From a virus (lineage: Duplodnaviria; Caudoviricetes): a stretch of DNA of 62,620 nucleotides. This document shows, in pieces, positions 55,212 through 62,620 of the stretch. Where the stretch lies: positions 1 to 62,620 of the IMG/VR virus record IMGVR_UViG_3300008110_000094; one strand, 5' to 3'. The notes under the pieces are model-generated. The model did not search any database. It was not told the DNA's origin and saw only the letters and a list, made by a program, of their open reading frames with translations. Position 1 is the first letter of the stretch. Every line of letters starts with the position of its first letter. Position numbers and translations under genes: made by a program.

Positions 55212-56147
55212 ATGAGCCTTGAACGTCGTCGCAAACCCTGGATGAAATTCTACCCGTCTGATTGGCGGGCCGATCCCGCCTTGCGCATGTGCAGCTTCGC
55301 AGCGCGCGGCCTGTGGGTCGATCTGATGACGCTGATGCACGAGGCTGATCCATACGGTCATTTGCTCATTCGCGGCAAGACGCCAACCGTGCGTCAAATC
55401 GCCGGAATCCTCGGCGGAACACAAAAAGATGTAGAATTATTGCTTGAGGAACTTGCCGCCGCAGATGTGTTTTCAAAAACAGAAAGCGGCGTAATCTTTA
55501 GCCGTCGAATGACGCGAGATTTTAAGAAACATCAAGCAGATCAAGCAAATGGGAGTTTGGGTGGGAACCCAGACCTTAACCTTGGTGTTAACCAGGGGGT
55601 TAACCCCCCTGATAACCAGCAGGTTAACCCACCGGATAACGGGGGGGATAAAGCCCAGAGGCTAGAGGCTAGATGCCAGAAGGAAGAATCTCAGAAAGAA
55701 AAATCAGAGATTCATCCTGAAGCAGCCAGCCCTACGATACCGGCGCCGCGACAAAATCGCGGCCCCGGCGCCGAAGCTGCGGCGGTCCTGCCGATGAATT
55801 GGACGCCAAACCAAGAAAACCTCGATGTCGCGTTGTCGATGGGCCTGACGTTGCCCGAGGCCGAACGGGCGGCCATCAAGTTCAAAGCCTACTGGACCAC
55901 GGGCAAGGGGGCTGGAACCCGACGAAAGCCGAGAAGCTGGAACACCACCTGGGTCAACTGGATTTCCAAGGAAGCAAACGATGTCGGACACCGCCAAACT
56001 CAACCTTCCCCAACCCGGCCGGCCCGGAACGTCAGCCATGCCGATCCAGAAATCCGCGACGCCGACATGCTCGGCATCCTTGAGGGACTTGGCCTTGACC
56101 GGGTATCAAGGGCTGGGCCAATTGATCCCGGCGAAATTGGTGCCTGA
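55212..56147 (+). CDS. Replication initiator-like protein
   Basis: PW.KFYP.DW..D..L......ARGLW..L; C-terminal LP..W.P...F..YW.....W...W.NW. Confidence 0.8.
   Translation: MSLERRRKPWMKFYPSDWRADPALRMCSFAARGLWVDLMTLMHEADPYGHLLIRGKTPTVRQIAGILGGTQKDVELLLEELAAADVFSKTESGVIFSRRMTRDFKKHQADQANGSLGGNPDLNLGVNQGVNPPDNQQVNPPDNGGDKAQRLEARCQKEESQKEKSEIHPEAASPTIPAPRQNRGPGAEAAAVLPMNWTPNQENLDVALSMGLTLPEAERAAIKFKAYWTTGKGAGTRRKPRSWNTTWVNWISKEANDVGHRQTQPSPTRPARNVSHADPEIRDADMLGILEGLGLDRVSRAGPIDPGEIGA
55577..55652. repeat. Iteron-like GTTAACC repeats (putative origin)
   Basis: GTTAACC x3, GGGGTTAACCCC palindrome, two 24-bp imperfect repeats inside the initiator gene. Confidence 0.55.
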
Positions 56148-56820
56148 GATTGGCCCAGCGCTGGCGGCGGCCAAGCGGACGGTCGCCCCGGCTGGGCCCG
56201 AACGGCTGGCGGTCGAACTGCCGGGGCTGTTCGCCTGGGCGCGCACCTTCGGCATCCCGTTTCAGCCCAGCATTGCCTCGGCGGCCTACCGGACGCTGGC
56301 CGACCTTCCCCCGGATCTGCTGGCGCTGGCCCTCGAGCGCATCACGACCAAGCACACGCTGGGCATGCGCCTGCCGTTCGTTGCCGAGATCCGGGCGACG
56401 GTCCAAGACGAGCTGGACGAGCGGCACCGGCTGGTGCACGCGATCGGCCGGTTGGCGTTCGCGGTGAAGCGGGGCGACGTTGACCGGGGGCCGGGTCGGA
56501 AAAAGCCGATGACGGCCGAGCAGAAGGCCGAGTTCGACGCGCAGATGGCCCGCCTCAAGGCCGGTCTGGCGTCGGGCGAGCCCAAACCCGCCCCGGCCAA
56601 GCCTCAAAAATCCGTCCGCTTGCCCTACGCCGACGACAACCGGCCGAGCGAGGACGATCAGGTCCCGTCAAAACCGCCGGAAATTTCATCACCTGATCGC
56701 GAGAGCGGGTCGGGTGAGCCACGGGTAGCCGCCCCGATGCAGTCGCCGCTGTACAGCCAAAAAAACCAACCCCCCGCGACTGACGACGACCTCAGCTTTT
56801 TGACCGGAACCGTAACATGA
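55981..56820 (+). CDS. Putative replication accessory protein (start uncertain)
   Basis: AAGGA RBS; Y..L.DLP.DLL..A.......P..AEI pattern after the initiator. Confidence 0.55.
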   Translation: MSDTAKLNLPQPGRPGTSAMPIQKSATPTCSASLRDLALTGYQGLGQLIPAKLVPEIGPALAAAKRTVAPAGPERLAVELPGLFAWARTFGIPFQPSIASAAYRTLADLPPDLLALALERITTKHTLGMRLPFVAEIRATVQDELDERHRLVHAIGRLAFAVKRGDVDRGPGRKKPMTAEQKAEFDAQMARLKAGLASGEPKPAPAKPQKSVRLPYADDNRPSEDDQVPSKPPEISSPDRESGSGEPRVAAPMQSPLYSQKNQPPATDDDLSFLTGTVT

Positions 56821-56827
56821 CGGCACG
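56811..56827. promoter_or_regulatory. 17-bp operator CGTAACATGACGGCACG, downstream of TTGACC
   Basis: Motif match overlapping the start of the next ORF. Confidence 0.65.
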
Positions 56828-57569
56828 AAAGCAGATTGACACCGCACGGGGAATCGGGCACGCGCGTGCACGCGCACGAGGGGCATCAATCGACCGCGAC
56901 GCCCGAGCCTGGGCAATCGTCCTTCGCACCCTCGAGCACGGGTTCACCCTGCACAAGCCCGATGCGATGGCGAAGGCCCTGGCCGCCTTGAAGCAGGCAA
57001 CGGAAGCCGCAGCCAAAGATCATGAACCGGAATGGGCGCAGGAGTACGAACGCCGCGCACAGATCCTGCACGACATGGTGAAATCGAACCAAAAGACGTG
57101 GCTCCATGTGGTCGATATCGACGGCGGCACCCCGGAAACCGTGGGCCGACCGTCCCGTTACGATCCGGTCCAAAAGCTCTACCAGATCGGCCATCTGGAC
57201 GACGCGCAGCGCCGAGCTGCACTCCGCATGGCACAGGTCGTGGAATCCGTTGTGCGCGCGGTCGCCGCCAAGGGGCAGAACTTCCAGCGCTCGAGCATCA
57301 CGCGGGGCCAGATCAGCGACCGGACAGCGTTCGAGCACCACGATGTCTATCTGCCCTGGGCCCTGTTGCAGCGCGAGTACCAGGGCAGGGGAGAGCGGCA
57401 CTTGGACATCGTGCTCGACGTGGTTGTGTGGCGTCGATCGATCGGCAAAGCCCGCGCGCGGTGGTCGATGTCCTATCCGCGAGCCCTGCAGTTCGTCGCG
57501 GACGGGCTCAGCGACTACGCCAAGCTGCTGATGGCCTACGACAGATCCAACCGAGACGAGGAAAAGTGA
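56817..57569 (+). CDS. Putative late regulator/antiterminator-like protein
   Basis: L...G.L...Q..AA...; C-terminal HTH-like DVV....SI......L..; position after replication genes. Confidence 0.55.
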   Translation: MTARKQIDTARGIGHARARARGASIDRDARAWAIVLRTLEHGFTLHKPDAMAKALAALKQATEAAAKDHEPEWAQEYERRAQILHDMVKSNQKTWLHVVDIDGGTPETVGRPSRYDPVQKLYQIGHLDDAQRRAALRMAQVVESVVRAVAAKGQNFQRSSITRGQISDRTAFEHHDVYLPWALLQREYQGRGERHLDIVLDVVVWRRSIGKARARWSMSYPRALQFVADGLSDYAKLLMAYDRSNRDEEK

Positions 57570-57570
57570 A

Positions 57571-57723
57571 ATGGAGAAGGAAGAAACAATCAAACTGAAG
57601 CATTTGGCCACTTGTTTGGTCGTCGGCTTTCTGATCGGCGGCGGCATGGTCATCGGCCAACACGCAAGCGCGTTCGTCTTTGGCGAGCCGGTCAAGAAAC
57701 TCGAAATCACGGTGACGCCATGA
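57571..57723 (+). CDS. 50-aa membrane protein
   Basis: GAGG RBS; LATCLVVGFLIGGGMVIG; ATGA coupling. Confidence 0.5.
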   Translation: MEKEETIKLKHLATCLVVGFLIGGGMVIGQHASAFVFGEPVKKLEITVTP

Positions 57724-58031
57724 GCGACGACACCACCAATGCAGCGGCAACGGACAACGTGTTCACGCTGGCAAAACTGGAAGAAGCCATGGCGAAAATC
57801 AGGGCGCTTGGCCCGCTGCCGCCAGTTATCCGTGAGAGCGCGTTCCTGACGGAGCGCCACGAAGATTGGTCGCGCGTTCGGTCCCCCGGCCGAGCTGCGC
57901 GCCGCTTACAGCAAGGCCATCGCCAAAACATCGATCTTCACCAAGCGCCGATGTCTGGCGGGTTGCTGCTTGACGGCGTGCTCTACGTTCACCCGCTTAC
58001 GATGCTGAAAATCAAAGGGAGCGCAGTATGA
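57720..58031 (+). CDS. Hypothetical protein
   Basis: DWSRVRSPGRAARR...HP motif; ATGA coupling. Confidence 0.6.
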   Translation: MSDDTTNAAATDNVFTLAKLEEAMAKIRALGPLPPVIRESAFLTERHEDWSRVRSPGRAARRLQQGHRQNIDLHQAPMSGGLLLDGVLYVHPLTMLKIKGSAV

Positions 58032-58309
58032 GCGAAGCAAAATGGTTAGCGGTTGGTTTGTTCGCAGCAACGACAATGGCGACGCTTTTTGCCTTAGCGT
58101 GGCCGTTTTTCCAAGGTGAGGCGTATCGAAGGCTTGATCGTGTTGCCTACCGAATGTGTGTGCCGCTTTTCGCGTGCGCGATTGTTGCGGGTTGCGTCGC
58201 CGCGTATTTCTCGTACCAAGAGCGCGCCGAGCGGTTCGATGAATGCAGGGCGCATCGCCACGCATACGAGTGCCACGCGATTGTTTACAGCGGAAGGATT
58301 GTGAAATGA
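58028..58309 (+). CDS. Two-TM membrane protein
   Basis: Two hydrophobic segments; ATGA coupling. Confidence 0.55.
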   Translation: MSEAKWLAVGLFAATTMATLFALAWPFFQGEAYRRLDRVAYRMCVPLFACAIVAGCVAAYFSYQERAERFDECRAHRHAYECHAIVYSGRIVK

Positions 58310-58755
58310 CAGACGACCAAATCGAGAAAGTGGCGCGGGCTATTGTGCCGTTGCTAAAACTGCACGCTCCGTGCGGGCAAGACAAAGACGCAGCGCTAAA
58401 TCATCCGTGCAAAACGTGGGAGCCTTACGAGAAGCGCTGCCCAGAATGTGCGCTACACGTCACAGACCGCAAATATGTCGCGGGTGAGCTTGCCCGCGCC
58501 GCAATCGCCGCCGCGTCGGAGTGGCAAACGATAGAGAGCGCGCCGAAGGATGGCGAGGCGATTTTAATTTGGAAGCCAGATGAACGGCGCGTCGGCGAAT
58601 ACATGATGGCCGCTTATTGGGATGATACGCAGGGCGGCTTTGTTCCGGTCGGCGGCGTTCACAAGCAGGGGTATTTTTCGCAATCCATGGGCTGCGATCA
58701 AGGCTACCCAACCCACTGGCAACCCCTGCCGCAGCCGCCGAAGGTGACGCCGTGA
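58306..58755 (+). CDS. DUF551-like protein
   Basis: WQTIESAPKDG...PTHWQPLP.PP. Confidence 0.8.
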   Translation: MTDDQIEKVARAIVPLLKLHAPCGQDKDAALNHPCKTWEPYEKRCPECALHVTDRKYVAGELARAAIAAASEWQTIESAPKDGEAILIWKPDERRVGEYMMAAYWDDTQGGFVPVGGVHKQGYFSQSMGCDQGYPTHWQPLPQPPKVTP

Positions 58756-59030
58756 CCGCTACCGACCTGTTCGGCCCCCTGCCAATCGGGGCCAAGCCGC
58801 AAGGCGCCAAAGCAGCCAAGCAGCGCGGGTATGCCGCCCCGCCCGGAACGGGACCGGCAGGCGAGACGTGCAAATCGTGTCGGCACTACGTCCTGCGGCA
58901 GTTCGCGGGCACCTATCGCAAGTGCGGACTCATGCGCCGGTTCTGGACGGGTGGGCCGGGAAGCGACGTGCGCGCCTCGGCGCCAGCGTGCTCGCGGTGG
59001 GAGAAGCCCAACGAAAAAGCCCCGGACTGA
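58752..59030 (+). CDS. Small Cys-rich (Zn-binding) phage protein
   Basis: GYAAPPGTGPAGETCKSC.H...KC.L......D......AC. Confidence 0.7.
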   Translation: MTATDLFGPLPIGAKPQGAKAAKQRGYAAPPGTGPAGETCKSCRHYVLRQFAGTYRKCGLMRRFWTGGPGSDVRASAPACSRWEKPNEKAPD

Positions 59031-59043
59031 GCCGGGGCTTCTC
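59014..59043. terminator. Terminator between convergent operons
   Basis: AAAAAGCCCCGG-ACTGAG-CCGGGGCTT. Confidence 0.8.
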
Positions 59044-59067
59044 TCGTAGTGGTCCAGGGACCGGGGA

Positions 59068-59406
59068 TCAGTCTTCGACGCGGCGGAACCCCTCGGGCGT
59101 GTACTCGCGCTGGCGCCGAACTTTGTAGACACCGGGCGCAAGGCCGATCGTCTCGTGGGTGTCGTGGGGGCGCAGATGTTCCAGCGCCGCTGGTTTTTCG
59201 ACCACGAGAAAGCAATCCATGATCGAGTTCGGCAGGCGGTGCATCGTCACGGCATCGGCGTTCATGACGTGGTGGTGCCCGGTTTCCGAATGGGTGACGA
59301 TGAGTTTGCCGTTTTCCGGCGCCACGGCGACGGTGCCGGCCGGCAGGGTGTCGATGCGTTCGATGTAGACATCGCCTTGCGCGCAGGTTTTTTCGAAGGT
59401 CTTCAT
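59068..59406 (-). CDS. His-rich small beta protein (QGDV...HSETGHHH...RRQREY)
   Basis: AAGGAG RBS; motif typical of DUF6745 neighbours. Confidence 0.8.
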   Translation of the reverse strand: MKTFEKTCAQGDVYIERIDTLPAGTVAVAPENGKLIVTHSETGHHHVMNADAVTMHRLPNSIMDCFLVVEKPAALEHLRPHDTHETIGLAPGVYKVRRQREYTPEGFRRVED

Positions 59407-59425
59407 AGTCTTTCTCTCCTTTGGG

Positions 59426-60370
59426 TTAAGTGCGGATTTCGGGTTTAAGAAACTGGCGGAAGTCGTCGAAGCCGAACGTCCAGGCATTTGCCTGCAGCGC
59501 GGTCTTCATGTCGGGCGGGACGGGAAGCGCAAACTCCCGCCCCGTACCGCAACGGACGCGCAGAAACCTTTCGCGGCCGATATCGGGGATACTGACCTCG
59601 ACCAGTTCGCCGATTTGCGGGTCGCCATCGCGGTCGATGGTCTTTGCGTCGAGAGCGGACAAGATGGCGTTCCATCCCAAAATCTCGCACGCGGCTCGGC
59701 GCTGTTCGATGTTCTGCCACGTCAACGCGGCCTGCGGCGTCAAAGACGCGCGGTTTTCGATCCACTCTTTTGGAACTGCGGTTCCGTGCCAATGATACAA
59801 CGCCCAGCCATCTGGATACGCTATCGACGGCCCTGTTTCGCAATGCAGACGCCCCTCGGCATCGCGATTGAGTGCGCGCGGACGATCGGAAATCGCAAGG
59901 ACGTTCTCGTGCCACCACACCCAGCCGCACGACCGCGCGAGGTCTTCGTCGATTTTGAACGCAGATAGGGTTTCGTTTTGCCAACCCAAGACATCGCGAA
60001 AAAACGAAACATAAGCGGCCCAAGAAGCCCAGAATTGAGCGCCGCGATCGTTGTTTACGCCTTCGCTGATGAAATTCAGATTGAGCGACCCCACCTGCGA
60101 CCACACCTGCGACCACACCTGCGACCCAAAAAACTCGCGCAGCATCGCCCAAGCCATTGCGCCACCCACCGTTGCGGCAAAAGGCGATCCCATGCGGAGA
60201 ACGACTATCGGCTTCTTGAGATTGCAGATACGATAGGCTTCAAGTGCGGCAGCCGTCGCGCGGTCGAAGTCGGCAGGCTCTGTCGATAGACCGATTTCGA
60301 TCCATTGCTTTGACCATTCTGCAAAGCGAGCCGACTGTTCTGGCGTGATTGCGGTGATTTTCTTCGGCAT
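59426..60370 (-). CDS. DUF6745-like protein
   Basis: GGAG RBS, ATG 60370; SCGW.W......SDRP....D..GRLH...GP...YPDGW..Y.WHG, N.EQRR. Confidence 0.8.
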   Translation of the reverse strand: MPKKITAITPEQSARFAEWSKQWIEIGLSTEPADFDRATAAALEAYRICNLKKPIVVLRMGSPFAATVGGAMAWAMLREFFGSQVWSQVWSQVGSLNLNFISEGVNNDRGAQFWASWAAYVSFFRDVLGWQNETLSAFKIDEDLARSCGWVWWHENVLAISDRPRALNRDAEGRLHCETGPSIAYPDGWALYHWHGTAVPKEWIENRASLTPQAALTWQNIEQRRAACEILGWNAILSALDAKTIDRDGDPQIGELVEVSIPDIGRERFLRVRCGTGREFALPVPPDMKTALQANAWTFGFDDFRQFLKPEIRT

Positions 60371-60411
60371 TTGTTTCTCCAACGACGGTTCGACTGTAAA
60401 AAGACGAGCGG

Positions 60412-60672
60412 CTACCAGGGCACGCATTGAAAGACCCATCGACAGTTTCCATTCTGGTCGCACACGCAGATGGGCACGACCTCCCGGCATCCGATCGGTG
60501 GAATGGGGGGCAGGGGCGGAATCCCGCACTCGAACCCGCCGCCGACCGGAGCCCCGCCCCAGCGCTGGGCATGGGCGGCCCCGGCAAAGAGGACGAGCAG
60601 CAGGCAGATGGCGAGTATCCCCAGCCAGCCAATCAAAGCCTCGAGGGCTTGGCGCCATGTCATGCGGATCAT
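60412..60672 (-). CDS. Secreted Cys/Pro-rich small protein
   Basis: Signal peptide ending AHA-Q; C.IPPLPPIPPIGC....C.CD..G.C.W.F.C. Confidence 0.7.
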   Translation of the reverse strand: MIRMTWRQALEALIGWLGILAICLLLVLFAGAAHAQRWGGAPVGGGFECGIPPLPPIPPIGCREVVPICVCDQNGNCRWVFQCVPW

Positions 60673-60854
60673 TCGCCCCTCGCTTCTGACAGTTGAAAGT
60701 GAAAGTCCATGATGGCCTCGGCCCGCGTGCGCCCGTAGCCGACGATTGGGGGGCGGGCATCTGGCGCCAAGTCGAAATTGTCGGCGTCATACGCCATGAA
60801 ATCGAACGCCTGCGAAGGCACGGGCGGGTCGATCTGATCGACGACGATCCTCAT
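60669..60854 (-). CDS. Hypothetical protein
   Basis: GGAGG RBS; PP.P...FD..A......G.G.T..EA..D. Confidence 0.65.
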   Translation of the reverse strand: MRIVVDQIDPPVPSQAFDFMAYDADNFDLAPDARPPIVGYGRTRAEAIMDFHFQLSEARGE

Positions 60855-61240
60855 TCCGCGTCCTCCTGCACCCAATCGCGCAATTGCTCGCGCCGGTTTT
60901 CCGCCCGTATCTCGGCGGCCTCGATGGCTTCCTCGGCCATTTCCTCGAGCGCATAGTCGAGGATGTGGGAAGCGATGGCGGCGCTGTCCACGATCGCGGA
61001 CAGGTCCACGACGGGCCCGACCTCGCGCGGCACCTTGGCGCCGGCCGGGTACTCGAGCAGCCGCCCCCGCACGGAATGGACATCGACCGAGCCGCCCTCG
61101 TCGGGCTTAAGCTGCAGGCCCATGCGGTCCCTTGCTCCCCGACAAGGGGGGTGGAACTCGTATTCCACCCGGATTGCGAACTCGCGCTCGTTCCCCACGT
61201 TGGAGAGGGAGACGAGCAGCACGTCGTCGAAGGTGTCCAT
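60851..61240 (-). CDS. Hypothetical acidic protein
   Basis: GGAGG RBS; Y.F.P..RGARD..G..L.PDE. Confidence 0.65.
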   Translation of the reverse strand: MDTFDDVLLVSLSNVGNEREFAIRVEYEFHPPCRGARDRMGLQLKPDEGGSVDVHSVRGRLLEYPAGAKVPREVGPVVDLSAIVDSAAIASHILDYALEEMAEEAIEAAEIRAENRREQLRDWVQEDAE

Positions 61241-61241
61241 G

Positions 61242-61760
61242 TCAGCGACCCTCCGTTTTGGCCGGTGACATGTATTCGTCGTCGTACACACTCCAACAGG
61301 TTGACCAGTCGGGAGCGTCGTAGTCTTCTTTTTCTTCGTTGTATGGACCTTGAAACGGATCTTCGCCGACGCTCGTGCAGTACAGACCGATAGCCGGAAT
61401 GTCGGGGTTGCTCTCAAACAATTCCGCCAAGCGGGGCCAGTGGTTTGCGTAGCCCGGTTTCGGGGGCGCCATGCGCAGAAATTCGCGAATGTCGGCGGCG
61501 GCGCGGGCGTAATCCTTTTTTTCGACATATGCGCGGTCGAACGTCATCATCAGGCAAGCGCGCATGCAGGTCGGCACGTCTTCCCTCTTGTAGAGCGGCC
61601 AAAGCTTTTTGGGGTCGTGCAGCCAAGTGTATTCGTTGCCAAGAAACCGGCGGCTTAGCTCGCCCCAAATTACGGGCGCGCTTCCATGGCTGTTGCGCAG
61701 TTCTTCCAGATCTTCGTGCTTCTCGCCCGGCCAGATAGCCTTGATGGTGGTGTAGCTCAT
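61242..61760 (-). CDS. Hypothetical protein
   Basis: Globular composition; ATGA coupling. Confidence 0.7.
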   Translation of the reverse strand: MSYTTIKAIWPGEKHEDLEELRNSHGSAPVIWGELSRRFLGNEYTWLHDPKKLWPLYKREDVPTCMRACLMMTFDRAYVEKKDYARAAADIREFLRMAPPKPGYANHWPRLAELFESNPDIPAIGLYCTSVGEDPFQGPYNEEKEDYDAPDWSTCWSVYDDEYMSPAKTEGR

Positions 61761-62107
61761 TTTCCGGCCTCCGCTTTGGCGATTGCGGCGGCGATCGCGC
61801 GCAGCTCGCCCATCGTGATGGTAAACTCGACCTCACTGCGGTCGGGCACGTTCCGATTGGTGAGACAGACGTTTTTTGGAAGAACCGATTTGAGCGCAGC
61901 CAGCAATTCCGGCGCCGCCGCGATAAGGCGGATGTTGGCGTTGACATTGGCGCTAGTGAATAGGTGGTCGTCCTCGTCAGGCATGTTGCAGACGGCGATT
62001 GGAAACCACTCGTGCGTCGGCTTGCTGGCCTGCACGATCCAGAGGCTATCCGGCCCCATCGGGTCTTCGATGGCCCAAGGCCCCGGCGTGTGTGCTGCTT
62101 GCGTCAT
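61757..62107 (-). CDS. HTPGPW...LIAAAPEL family phage protein
   Basis: HTPGPW, AN.RLIAAAPELL.AL, AAIAKAE motifs. Confidence 0.8.
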   Translation of the reverse strand: MTQAAHTPGPWAIEDPMGPDSLWIVQASKPTHEWFPIAVCNMPDEDDHLFTSANVNANIRLIAAAPELLAALKSVLPKNVCLTNRNVPDRSEVEFTITMGELRAIAAAIAKAEAGK

Positions 62108-62108
62108 G

Positions 62109-62483
62109 TCACTTGCCCTCCGTGTTGTGGCGCAGCAGCACCTTGACCAGCGGCGCGGCCCCGCCGCCCACCATCAATCCGCCGTGTTTTGCTGCATTGG
62201 TGCAGATGTCGGCCCACTTGGGGCCGAACTCGCTGATGAAGTGCTCGGCGTTGTCGATCAGGAACTGCGGCCACTGGTCGAAGGACAGAACCTTGACCTC
62301 ATCGCTGTCCTTGGGGGCGTTCAGCCGTTCGCACAGGGCGTCGATTTCTTCGAGGCTGAGTTCGACCAGTGTGTGCTCGTTCGTCGCGATGGCGTTGAAG
62401 CGGTCGGCCTGCATCCCGTTGTTCTCCTGCCACCAGCGCAGGGCGGCGAGGACCGTCGCGGTTTCGCGGGGGCTCAGTTCCAT
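62109..62483 (-). CDS. Hypothetical protein
   Basis: GGAGG RBS; E.ATVLAALR.WQ...L...EID.LCERLN. Confidence 0.7.
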   Translation of the reverse strand: MELSPRETATVLAALRWWQENNGMQADRFNAIATNEHTLVELSLEEIDALCERLNAPKDSDEVKVLSFDQWPQFLIDNAEHFISEFGPKWADICTNAAKHGGLMVGGGAAPLVKVLLRHNTEGK

Positions 62484-62506
62484 GGGCTCAGCCCTCCCCA
62501 CGTTCG

Positions 62507-62620
62507 GCGACCATGAGGGAGCGGTTCGGCCCGAGCATGATGGCCTGACCTTCGCGCAGGCCCATCTTGGCCCGCTTCTCCGTGTCCTCGGCATCGGCGG
62601 CCACGCGCGCCGCGCGCAGC
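62507..62620. repeat. Terminal direct repeat, copy 2
   Basis: Identical to 1-114. Confidence 0.97.

Overview
The window looks like a complete, circularly assembled temperate podovirus-type phage genome of about 62,506 bp. Bases 1-114 repeat exactly at 62507-62620, and one gene runs across the join. High GC and a GapR/DUF2312 homologue suggest an alphaproteobacterial host. The layout is: terS/terL, P22-like portal, scaffold, N4-gp56-type capsid, tail and two receptor-binding proteins, a reverse-strand moron, ejection proteins, a 4256-aa DarB-like polyvalent protein, a lysis cassette, a tRNA-His with a structured non-coding cluster, attP/int/xis, an early-left recombination and anti-defence operon, cI/cro, an early-right DNA-modification and replication operon, and a second leftward accessory operon. 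The most striking structure not explained by these genes is as follows. (i) The giant gene appears to hide two separately promoted elements: an overprinted 77-aa ORF just before the methylase-helicase, and a ~160-nt multibranched antisense RNA just after a BECR-type nuclease domain. (ii) Three stem-closed RNA modules lie upstream of an atypical tRNA-His. (iii) A 17-bp pseudo-palindromic operator occurs at nine or more control points. (iv) An inverted HNH insertion has rebuilt the start of the gene it interrupts. All family assignments come from motif recognition by eye. No database search or folding program was run.
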